A program made the translations under genes and the position numbers. Source: Candidatus Caldarchaeales archaeon (GTDB taxonomy: Archaea > Thermoproteota > Nitrososphaeria_A > Caldarchaeales > Calditenuaceae). Taken from it: DNA of 64,000 bases. The stretch lies in contig JAVVGN010000001.1 of the NCBI GenBank assembly GCA_032249095.1, positions 14,873 to 78,872 of the forward strand, read 5' to 3'. How positions within the stretch are numbered: position 1 is the stretch's first letter; each line of letters opens with the position of its first letter. Of the stretch, positions 20,960 to 29,376 are shown one piece after another. Under the pieces are notes generated by a model that saw only the letters and a list, made by a program, of their open reading frames with translations, made no database searches and had not been told where the DNA came from.

Positions 20960-21800
20960 CTACCGCTTCAAGCATCCCTTAACCCTTCCCCACCATGCAG
21001 GCCGCCCGAGTATTCCGTACAGCCTATGAAGAACATGTGTTGGGCCCTCGATTGACAGCAGGTCGGTGGCCTTCCAGGGATTCCTGACGATCAGGCGGCC
21101 TTCCTTCACGAGGAAATGGTGATCGGGGGTTAGGGACGTGATACCCGAGGAGGAGAGGGTCACAACTTATTCGAGGTCGTCAGGGTTCTCCGTGAGAGGA
21201 TTGCGAGCTACGTCACGGAGGGCATCGAGGGGGCGAGGGCGCTGAGGGAGGCAGTCAGGCTAGTAGGCGAACCTGTTGAGGTGGAGGGCAAGTACTGGAG
21301 GGGCAGCGTCGGGGCCGCCGATGGCGGCAGCGCCATACTGCCCTTCGCCGACAGGGACGTGGGCTTCATATCGGCTATAACCATGTTGACAACAGCAGGA
21401 GCTATCATAGGAGGTTCAGGGGAGGGCTCATTACGCAAAAGGAAGGCGTAGGTGATGGGGAGTTCTCGGACAGGCTCGACCTCGAGAGATAGGAGATGAT
21501 GCTCGCCCTCGCGGCCGATTCCGTCAACGATGCATCGCCGCTCATAGTGGACGGCCCCTTGATACTGCGGCCGAAGTATTCCGGGGGACAAACTCTCCAG
21601 CTCAAATGGCTGGTCTCGGGGGCAGAGAGGATATAGGCATAGCCCTCGTGGATTTCGTGAAGAGGTTCTTGACGCGACGACATGGATGGGTGAGGACAAG
21701 TTCTTCGAGTTCCTGAGACACATGGTTGCGACGTCAGACCCGGTGAAGTCCGTCCCAGGATGTAAAGGACCCGCTTAGACTCAAGCTCTTCAACCTCAAT
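20960..21800 (+). pseudogene. decayed coding remnant (multiple frameshifts), identity unknown
   Basis: Protein-like stretches in three plus-strand frames (e.g. ...EVVRVLRERIASYVTEGIEGARALREAVRLVGEPVEVEGKYWRGSVG..., ...DGPLILRPKYSGGQTLQLKWLVSG..., ...GEDKFFEFLRHMVATSDPVKSVPG) separated by stops. Confidence 0.25.
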
Positions 21801-21875
21801 GGAAGGTGAGCTAGGCTAATAGATGTTGAGCATATAATTATGGGTGGCTTACGTGTTATGAAAACGTTTTGATGT

Positions 21876-22532
21876 CTACCTTCCATATATTATGAAGTCC
21901 ACGACTATATTGTTTACTGCATGATACAGGAGGCAGGACCAAGTGCTCCTTGTTATCAGGAAGAGGGCTGATATTATCGAGGCCCAGACTATCATGTAGA
22001 TGAATAGCGCAAGCCCGAATCTCAGGTGTATTGCCGCGAATGAGAGGACGCTTACGGCTACGGAGGCCGTGGTGCTTTTGATCAGTTTGGGCAGCCTTGT
22101 TAGAACGTAGCCCCTGAAGAATGCCTCCTCGAAGAAAGCTGCGCCCAGAGCCCAGACCGCAACGGGAAGCGCGTTAAACCCCTGAACGCTATAACCCCAC
22201 CTACTCCACGAAATACCCAGATAACCCAAAACGTAGTTAACTGGTAACCAAAGGGTGAAGGCGACAAGCCACAAAGATACCGCCAGGATTATCTCCCTCA
22301 AACCCAGCCTTCCAACGTATATCGATCTAAACCCTCCACCCTCTTTCTTTGCTATATGTAGCAGTATGATGAAGCCCACAAGCTGTGAGAAAGTGTAGAT
22401 GAGTGCCCCCCAAGGACTATGCGGGTCAGGGCTAACCACAGCGTAAAGTAGAACAGCTAGACCGTAGTAGCCGGGAATGGCTACGAAAAGCCCCAAAACC
22501 GATAGGTACGACCTTTGTAAACTCATACGCAT
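21876..22532 (-). CDS. CPBP-family intramembrane glutamic endopeptidase (CAAX protease/Abi-like)
   Basis: FFEEAFFRGYV (EExxxR) and HAVNN motifs in TM helices. Confidence 0.7.
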   Translation of the reverse strand: MRMSLQRSYLSVLGLFVAIPGYYGLAVLLYAVVSPDPHSPWGALIYTFSQLVGFIILLHIAKKEGGGFRSIYVGRLGLREIILAVSLWLVAFTLWLPVNYVLGYLGISWSRWGYSVQGFNALPVAVWALGAAFFEEAFFRGYVLTRLPKLIKSTTASVAVSVLSFAAIHLRFGLALFIYMIVWASIISALFLITRSTWSCLLYHAVNNIVVDFIIYGR

Positions 22533-22677
22533 AATAGCGCGGAAAACAGAACTTAAAACTTACATAGGGTGTAAAAGGAACGTTTCGGTCTGATTCTGAC
22601 TGACATTTAAAGATTGCAGGAGGTCATAGGGGTGCTGTCAAGTTGGTATTACCTCCTCTCCTCCTGTCCTGATGATA

Positions 22678-22902
22678 TTATGCATTGCTGCAATATGCAG
22701 TTACTAACTCTTCTAGGCTTCTCAACATCTTCGAGTTCACGTTGTTGTATAACCTATTCATTTCCCTTAAGCTGAGGCCTGCTATGAAGAGAACGACGGA
22801 ATAGATCTTCTCGAGAGGAGGGTACCTGTGGGATCGAAAGAGATCGGCGAAAGAGTCCAGTACGGCATCGATGACGTGCATCATGGCCAGAGGTCTCCCC
22901 AA
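22678..22902 (-). CDS. small hypothetical protein (possible HTH/transposase N-terminal fragment)
   Basis: 74 aa; ...LSLREMNRLYN... resembles an N-terminal HTH of IS transposases; weak. Confidence 0.2.
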   Translation of the reverse strand: MGRPLAMMHVIDAVLDSFADLFRSHRYPPLEKIYSVVLFIAGLSLREMNRLYNNVNSKMLRSLEELVTAYCSNA

Positions 22903-23055
22903 AAAGGCTCAAGCAAAACTTGTCAATACCCTCCTTCGTGCCGACACATGTCATGCTGCGCAATTCCACTAAAAGGTGTACGAATAGACGATGCGGGATA
23001 TGCTGCGGAATAAGGCGCTCAGGTTTAAATAAGCGCCGAGCTTTATGTTTTTGGA

Positions 23056-23130
23056 AGCGGGGTAGGGTAGCCAGGATATCCCGCCGGGCTCATAACCCGG
23101 AGATCGGTGGTTCAAATCCACCCCCCGCTA
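23056..23130 (+). tRNA. tRNA-Met (CAT), initiator-type
   Basis: Cloverleaf AGCGGGG/CCCCGCU acceptor with A1:U72; anticodon arm CCGGG-CUCAUAA-CCCGG with three consecutive G:C pairs next to the loop; T-arm GGUGG-UUCAAAU-CCACC; no intron; CCA not encoded. Confidence 0.8.
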
Positions 23131-23981
23131 GATAGTATATAAGGATTTCGGCGAAAATTTATATATCAAAATTATGTTAACTTCAGACTTCTATCAATCT
23201 CGAGTTGCTCTTTACTGCTTTAGGGTTGACGGCTTCAAGGGCCTCTGCTAGCCTGACCAGCCTCTGGTTGGAGAGTATCCTCGAAAGTTCCTCAAGCTCG
23301 GCCTTTCCCCCTTACCATGTACCCTCACCTCTTCCGGGGCTGGCCTTAGCCGTTTACCGGGTTTATCTCCAGCGCGAGCTCCGGTCCCCTCGACCCGCGC
23401 CCAGGAAGCTTGACAATAAAGACTATGACTATAGGTATATTCGTCATGGTCCTCTTCCAGTCCTCCCCGCCCCTCATGAATTCCCTGAGCTTCTGCTCCA
23501 GGCTGGCGTCCTGAGGAGGGGCGGTCTGAGGCTTCTGTTGTCCCTGTTGGCTAAAATCCCGCTTCTGCTGAGTGTAATACCATGCTCTAACCGTGCTCAT
23601 AACGCCAAACTGGCTGGGCTTGGTATTAAAGCTGGTGGCCCTCCTGTGCTTCACGGTTGTCCTGTCATGGGTCGTTCTCGCACACTTGTCGGTGTTAAGA
23701 CCTCTCCGCAAATTTTGAAGTAGTCAAACTCCCAGCCGAACCTCTCACATATCCTGTATTCCTACTCCTCGATCGTATTCACGGTCTCTTAACTCCTTCG
23801 TCCTCTTTCAATGGTCTCCTTGACGAAGCCTGTGATCCTCTCCCGGAGCGCCCTCACAATGCCCAATAGATGGTGACCACCTCCTCAACGTGATAAAACA
23901 GTAGATGTCCCTTAGCGAGCTACCTCAAAGTGCGGCAATAAGAATTAATAAGCATCTCAACTGCTTTTCCAGTTAGGTGCG

Positions 23982-24215
23982 ATGATATCGTTGCTGGACG
24001 ATAAAGTCCGGTCGAAGATTCGTGAATTATTGTCGCGTTTTGAGGAGTGGTTGAAATCGGAAGAAGCTAGAGTCGCCATAAAGGATAGGAGCGTGAAGCT
24101 TAGGGAGTTTCAAACTCTTTTAAGCGAGGAGAATGTCGAGGGTTTGACCGAGCCAGACTTCAGGAAAATTATTGCCTCATTGTGGGCATTTGTTGGATGG
24201 ACAAACAAAGACTAA
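23982..24215 (+). CDS. hypothetical protein; N-terminal piece of a split ORF in an AT-rich island
   Basis: Same frame as 24231-25073, separated by TAA plus 5 codons. Confidence 0.3.
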   Translation: MISLLDDKVRSKIRELLSRFEEWLKSEEARVAIKDRSVKLREFQTLLSEENVEGLTEPDFRKIIASLWAFVGWTNKD

Positions 24216-24230
24216 GTAGCGGACAGGGTT

Positions 24231-25073
24231 TTGACGTATAAGGACATCAAGGAATTAAGGTCCGAGTTGAAGGAGTTGCTTTATGGAAAGGCCCCATTCC
24301 CGCAGCGTTATGACCATTTTAGCAGAAGTGTCAGAGGGCTTGGGCCCTCAGGATTGACCGAGATACTAGCATTTTTTAACCCTCAGGAATATGGTATATG
24401 GAACGAAAAAAGCAGAAAGGCTCTAGAAATCCTGGGTTTAAGCAACGAACTACCGACTAGGAAATACAAGATAACTGGTCAGGAGTACGAGAAAGTCAAC
24501 AAGGCACTAAAAATGATATATCATGAGATTAAACCGGTCTTCGAGAAGGTCGGGATCACTGAGCAGAGCACGGACCTGATGTTGGTGGAACTCTTTCTAT
24601 ACTACGTGTATCAACAGGGCTCCCTAGAAACAATTCCAGAAGAGGGGAAGGAGGATTATGATTTTGATCACGATGAAATTATTGAAAAGCTCGTCGCACT
24701 CGGGAACGGGCTAGGATTTGAAGCCGAGGAAGAGAAGCTGGTAGCCAAAGGAGCGAGGGTTGACGTCGTCTGGCGCGCTAAGATAGCGAACCTCGGCGTA
24801 GTGAGCTATGTCTTCGAGGTGCATAGGGAAGGAAGCATCGACTCGCTAATACTCAACTTGCAGAGAGCCAGAAATGATCCTACCGTCCAGAAGCTCATAG
24901 TGGTAGCGAATAAGACCAATCTTAAGAAGATACAGGAAGAGGTGAGCTCTCTAAGCGAAGATTTCCGGAAGTCGCTGACATATTGGGAGGTGAAAGATGT
25001 TAGGAGAGCGCATAACCTGCTAAATGAGTTGAACGCCATAATAGGCAATTTAGAACTTGTGAAATTGTCTTAA
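24231..25073 (+). CDS. hypothetical protein with C-terminal PD-(D/E)xK-like nuclease core
   Basis: GFEAEEEKLVAKGARVDVVWRAK...YVFEVHREGS fits a D...(D/E)xK nuclease core; AT-rich codon usage unlike its neighbours; TTG start. Confidence 0.35.
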   Translation: MTYKDIKELRSELKELLYGKAPFPQRYDHFSRSVRGLGPSGLTEILAFFNPQEYGIWNEKSRKALEILGLSNELPTRKYKITGQEYEKVNKALKMIYHEIKPVFEKVGITEQSTDLMLVELFLYYVYQQGSLETIPEEGKEDYDFDHDEIIEKLVALGNGLGFEAEEEKLVAKGARVDVVWRAKIANLGVVSYVFEVHREGSIDSLILNLQRARNDPTVQKLIVVANKTNLKKIQEEVSSLSEDFRKSLTYWEVKDVRRAHNLLNELNAIIGNLELVKLS

Positions 25074-25594
25074 TATAACATTTTATGAAGTCTTTCATGG
25101 TTCACCGTATCGTAAATGTTTACGACTTTAAAGCATGATTTGCACGGAGGACATGGTCTTATTGGTTGGATTGATCTCAATTCTCCTTCTATAATCGTCA
25201 CCTTCGCGCCAAATTTGCCCGCCTTCCTGTAGAGCCACTTTGCCCTCCTCCCAAGTTTCCTTCCCCTCTCCAACACTTCTAGCGCGACCAGGTGATCCAG
25301 CGCCGGCCTCACGTACTTGAAGTCCTTAGGAGCCCATCCCCTCCTCAGAAGCCCCTTCGCCACGTCGCTGGCGCTCCTCCACTCGTCGAAGAAGCCACCC
25401 GAGGCCAACCTGATTATCCTTCCGTAGAGCTCGTCCTCGCAGATCTTGACGTACTCGTATTTTCTCTCGTAGACTATTCTCTGGACTGAGCACTCTATCT
25501 TGACCTCTGGTACCTTGGAGAGGATTGAGCGGACCAGCTGCTCTAGGGCCTCCACTCGCTGCTTGAGCTCCTCGACCTCTTTCTCAATGCCCAT
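25070..25594 (-). CDS. hypothetical protein
   Basis: 174-aa ORF convergent with the AT-rich island genes. Confidence 0.35.
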   Translation of the reverse strand: MGIEKEVEELKQRVEALEQLVRSILSKVPEVKIECSVQRIVYERKYEYVKICEDELYGRIIRLASGGFFDEWRSASDVAKGLLRRGWAPKDFKYVRPALDHLVALEVLERGRKLGRRAKWLYRKAGKFGAKVTIIEGELRSIQPIRPCPPCKSCFKVVNIYDTVNHERLHKMLY

Positions 25595-25627
25595 CCAGCA
25601 CAGCTACCCAAATCGCAATAGATAAGC

Positions 25628-25873
25628 TCAGATGATCTCCACTACGTCGTTAATCAGTATCGTGGTCTTCCCGTTCAGCTTCGTTACAGTCGCCCTCGCT
25701 CTGAACCTCCTACCCTTCTTTATCAGCTCCTTGGGACCGTTGTAGGTAGAGGGCTCAAGCCTCGCCCTGAACCTGTCGTTGACGAGCACTACAGCGAACC
25801 CCGGGTAAACCTTCTCTACCTCTATCGTCACTATCCTTCGCTGCGGCTTCGTCGCAACGGGCCTTGACCTCAA
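25628..25873 (-). CDS. small basic hypothetical protein
   Basis: 81 aa, Arg/Lys-rich; no HuH motif, so not a TnpA. Confidence 0.3.
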   Translation of the reverse strand: MRSRPVATKPQRRIVTIEVEKVYPGFAVVLVNDRFRARLEPSTYNGPKELIKKGRRFRARATVTKLNGKTTILINDVVEII

Positions 25874-27345
25874 AGCGGCGGTTGTGACGTACCTATACGC
25901 TTTACGATAGGAAGTCCGACGGTTACCTTGCTGACCTCCTCCCCGCCCTGAAGGGCGAGGGTTCCCTCAGGGCGGATCACAGGTTTGCGGTTTACCGCCT
26001 TCATCTTCATCACCTCACAGCTGGTGGGAATTGCCACCCAGCTCCGTTCGTCCAGCGGTAGACCGCGGGCTGGGCCTTCAGCCCATTACCCCTATCCCTC
26101 ACCAGGGGTTGCCCTCTTCTCCTGGATCCCTGGGACTCGGGGATATGTAGGATGTTTGCTGCACCGTTTTGGTCCGCATTTATGACCTTCCCTATGTGGG
26201 GACACTTGGACAAACCACGTTCAATACGCCCACCTTCATGGGCTTCCCCACATAGAGAACAGGTCTTAGAAGTATACGACTCATCCACCTTAATCACTTT
26301 CATTCTCAGTTCTTCGCCAATCTCCTCAAAACGTTTTATAATATAGCCATAATTCCAGAAGTTCACAGTGAGTTTATTGCCTTTGTTCTTAGAGATCTCT
26401 TTAGGATATCCTACGACCACCTCGCCCACTCTTTTTTCCTTCATTTCCTCCATTATCTTCCTCACCATGCTGTTTAGTGCGTGTTTCAAGAACCTCCTCC
26501 TCTTATCGTGAAGCAGCTTGAGATGTCTGCTCCTCCTCTGTTTATGCCTAGCCAAAGTTCTCTGAACAACAGCAATTCGCTTGCCATAATATTCGTATTG
26601 AGATAAGACAGGCCCACCCTTAAAGACGTACCAGCTTCCGTCCTCGACGTAGACGGTTGCCAGATTTATAATCCTTAAATCCACAGAAGCCCTCAGCTTA
26701 CCCTCTACTTTTGCACGGTTTTCAACTTCCACCGGAATATGGGCATACCAACTTCTCCTAGCCTCGTCATAAATTATCTCGAGACGGCCCTGCTTCCCGC
26801 GCCACTTCAGCTTCCCTTTGAACTTCAGAGTCAGCCCGAAGTCCTTTAGATAGATCGTCCTGTTCTCCTCATCTACCCTGTACCTATCATTCCTGACGAT
26901 TACCATTAGCTTATAGTTCCCACGCTCGTCCTTCCAGTAGCCTGGAGGTTTAGGTTTAAACCACTTAGGCAACTTCCCTTCCTTTTTATCTTTATCTTTA
27001 ATTAAAGAGAAGAAGCTCCTCCAGTCCTCAGCGTTCTTCCTGGCTACTTGTTGAGCATTGACCTTTAATACGTGCTTATACTTCTCGTAAACCTTCTTTT
27101 CGCTTGTGGCAAAATCTACCCTTTCTCCATTCTTATACTGTTGTATTCTTAACCAGTTTATCTCGTTCCAGCACTTCGCAGTAACAATTCCTAGTTCCTT
27201 TAACCTCCCATGAGCATCCTTATCTAGTATTAGTATAACTACGTTAGTTCTTATCAACCTCTTTCACCCATTGTCCTCCAATTATTGTTGATCTGTATTC
27301 CACAACACTTTAGACTATTCAAAAAAATTCAAAAATTTAAAAATT
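25874..27345 (-). mobile_element. IS200/IS605-family element carrying tnpB only (IS1341-like); ends not precisely defined
   Basis: tnpB plus hairpin-rich 3' flank (GCCCTGAAGGGC, CCCTCAGGG, GGGCTGAAGGCCCAGC at 25950-26075) typical of the RE/omega-RNA region; AT-rich 5' flank 27258-27345. Confidence 0.5.
26010..27257 (-). CDS. tnpB: TnpB (OrfB) RNA-guided endonuclease-like transposon protein
   Basis: 415 aa; C-terminal RuvC-III plus zinc finger CSLCG...CPHIGKVINADQNGAANI; basic N-terminal half typical of OrfB_IS605. Confidence 0.9.
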   Translation of the reverse strand: MIRTNVVILILDKDAHGRLKELGIVTAKCWNEINWLRIQQYKNGERVDFATSEKKVYEKYKHVLKVNAQQVARKNAEDWRSFFSLIKDKDKKEGKLPKWFKPKPPGYWKDERGNYKLMVIVRNDRYRVDEENRTIYLKDFGLTLKFKGKLKWRGKQGRLEIIYDEARRSWYAHIPVEVENRAKVEGKLRASVDLRIINLATVYVEDGSWYVFKGGPVLSQYEYYGKRIAVVQRTLARHKQRRSRHLKLLHDKRRRFLKHALNSMVRKIMEEMKEKRVGEVVVGYPKEISKNKGNKLTVNFWNYGYIIKRFEEIGEELRMKVIKVDESYTSKTCSLCGEAHEGGRIERGLSKCPHIGKVINADQNGAANILHIPESQGSRRRGQPLVRDRGNGLKAQPAVYRWTNGAGWQFPPAVR

Positions 27346-27858
27346 TTACTCCGCCCTAGAAGAGGCGAGACTTGTCGTTCTTTTGTCAACCGGCTTTTTG
27401 AGGAGTCCCCAGAGCGTCTTCGACTCGACCTCGATGAAATACTTTGTCGTGCCTTTTCTGATTTTAAGCTTCGGTGGCGACCTGTTCAACACTACGGCTA
27501 TACATCTGGCGACCTCCTCAACGAACTCCCAGTCTACAGCCTCAAATCGTATTATCGTATGCCTGTAACCCTTGCGGAAGCGCCTCTTTATCTTAGGATA
27601 TCCGTCGCCTAGGACCGCACCGATAATGTAAGCGAGCGTTTCGGAAGGCTCCAACAGCTCCATGGAAGGTATCAGTCGGCCGTTGTGCGGGTTATGTATC
27701 CCGCGTATCCAGTAGCTTATGTGAGACTTGGATAGTCTGACTCCGTATTTTCGCCAGACCTCCCCGGCAATCTCTTTATATGTCAGCCCGCTTCTCCGAA
27801 GGGCAACGACATCATTGTACAGCTTGATCCGAGGCTCCCGCGGCAGGTATCTACCCAC
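27346..27858 (-). CDS. HTH plus LAGLIDADG homing-endonuclease-like protein
   Basis: LAYIIGAVLGDGY (LAGLIDADG motif) followed by KGYRHTIIRFEAVDWEFVEEVARCI...YFIEVESKTLWGLL, resembling the I-DmoI-type fold; N-terminal HTH-like LTYKEIAGEV. Confidence 0.7.
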   Translation of the reverse strand: MGRYLPREPRIKLYNDVVALRRSGLTYKEIAGEVWRKYGVRLSKSHISYWIRGIHNPHNGRLIPSMELLEPSETLAYIIGAVLGDGYPKIKRRFRKGYRHTIIRFEAVDWEFVEEVARCIAVVLNRSPPKLKIRKGTTKYFIEVESKTLWGLLKKPVDKRTTSLASSRAE

Positions 27859-28478
27859 TCACTACACCCCCTCATTCTGTGTCTTTATCTCATATGGCCT
27901 TGCAACTATGTGGAGCCTCTCCACAATCCCACTCCCAACTTCTTCCTCCCCATGTTTTCACACATTCGGAGAGGAACATCAACCGGCCCCGCATATAAGG
28001 AGTAGTGGCCCCAATAATCGGGCCATCCCTAAACCTGTACTCACTAAGAGCTGGACACACTATTCATAAGGATCACTCCAAACCCAGTCTTGAGGAGAAT
28101 GATAGAGAGTGGAGGGAGAGAACAAGAGGATAAAGCTCAAGATATTTTACAGAAGCACTATTGGGCGATACAATATGAGAGGGGCTTGGAGATGGATGGG
28201 AGCATCCTATACCCCATAGAAAGCGCTAAGGAACTGTTGCCACGTTATATAAAGACTTCTAAGAGACTAATACTACCGAGAGAAAGCCCGTGGGAAGTCC
28301 AATAGAGTCCCCAGAAAAGGTAATACAAGACCCTAGCGCCGCTGGGGGGCTCTCCCTGGGAGGATCCGATCCCGCAGCTATTGTCGCTTGAGATCGAGAA
28401 TCCTCTTCCCGTTAAGGCTCAGCCTATGACTGATGTCTCCCTCAATTCGGTCCTTGGTCACCGTGTACAGTGTGTGCC

Positions 28479-28949
28479 CTATATAGATGCTATTTGAGAG
28501 CTTTGGCGGCGCGGTAGTCGTTTTAGTATGAGCAGTTTGTGTTGTTCTCGTAGGACGGCGAGGTTTAGGAGTGTTGCTGAAAAGTAGAACCAGAAGACCG
28601 TGGGTGCGTCGGCTGTGTTCCATGGGCAGTTGCAGAAGCTGAATGTGAGGAGGAGGTTTGCGGCTATCAGGGCCCCAACGCAACCGGCGAGGCGTGGAAA
28701 GACCCCTAGAATCATCATGAAGCCTATTGCTGTCTCGGCAGCCGTCACGACAACCGCCAGGATAAGCCAGTCGCCGGCTAGGCTCCTCAGGAGTTCTCCG
28801 TAGAGGGGGATGTAGTTGTTTGCGGCGGCGGTTGTGTAGAGGTCTCTGACCCAGCCGACGTCGAACCATCTCTGGCTTGCGAAGTAGAGCCAGAAAAAGC
28901 CCGTGGAGAGCCTCACCGCGAGGGCCCAGAGCTCGGTCAGACGCGGCAT
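28479..28949 (-). CDS. DoxX-like membrane protein
   Basis: 4 TM helices, composition similar to the DoxX/DoxD family; the overlapping ORF 28378-28959 in another frame is judged spurious. Confidence 0.4.
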   Translation of the reverse strand: MPRLTELWALAVRLSTGFFWLYFASQRWFDVGWVRDLYTTAAANNYIPLYGELLRSLAGDWLILAVVVTAAETAIGFMMILGVFPRLAGCVGALIAANLLLTFSFCNCPWNTADAPTVFWFYFSATLLNLAVLREQHKLLILKRLPRRQSSQIASI

Positions 28950-28973
28950 GCAACAGCACCCGGGAGCCGCTAT

Positions 28974-29288
28974 CTAAATCTGTTTCCTCGAGTTCAGGGC
29001 TTGATCGTCTGGAGTAGTTCCTCGACTTCTTCCAGTGTGTGGTTTTCGATGTTGCCGGCTTTTTTCTTGATTGCTTCTTTGACTTCGTCTGTGATCGTTT
29101 GGGGCTGCTGTTTTGATGAGGAAGGCGCCGACTGCTCTTCCTAGGGCTGTGACGGGTGCTACATCGCCGTAGCCGATCGTCGTGATTGTGGCGAGGGCCA
29201 ACCAGTAAGCGTCTCCCAAATCCCTTATCCTTGAGTCTGCGTTGTCGGACTCGAGCACGTATGCGCTGAAGGTCCCCACGGCGATCAC
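28974..29288 (-). pseudogene. potassium-channel pore-domain remnant (truncated and frameshifted)
   Basis: WLALATITTIGYGDVAPVTALGRAVGAFL = pore helix, TxGYGD selectivity filter and start of inner helix; in-frame stop 2 codons upstream of the GTG start, so no TM1; the C-terminal sequence continues in another frame (…TITDEVKEAIKKKAGNIENHTLEEVEELLQTIKP*). Confidence 0.55.
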
Positions 29289-29376
29289 GTCCTCCTACAG
29301 GCGAGGGGTGAGGGGCATATACCGGCTGCTGCGTTTTTACGCGAGATGCGTTCTATGAGCTCCCGAGAAAGGCCTT

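Noticed and set aside
23205-23723. 172-aa plus-strand ORF after tRNA-Met and overlapping minus-strand ORF 23346-23711
   Set aside because: Neither has a recognisable motif. The minus strand shows frameshifted protein-like fragments (e.g. EYRICERFGWEFDYFKICGEV), so the region is treated as decayed remnant, not intact genes.
28378-28959. 193-aa ORF overlapping the DoxX-like gene
   Set aside because: Alternative frame of the same region with basic/low-complexity composition. The membrane-protein frame is preferred.
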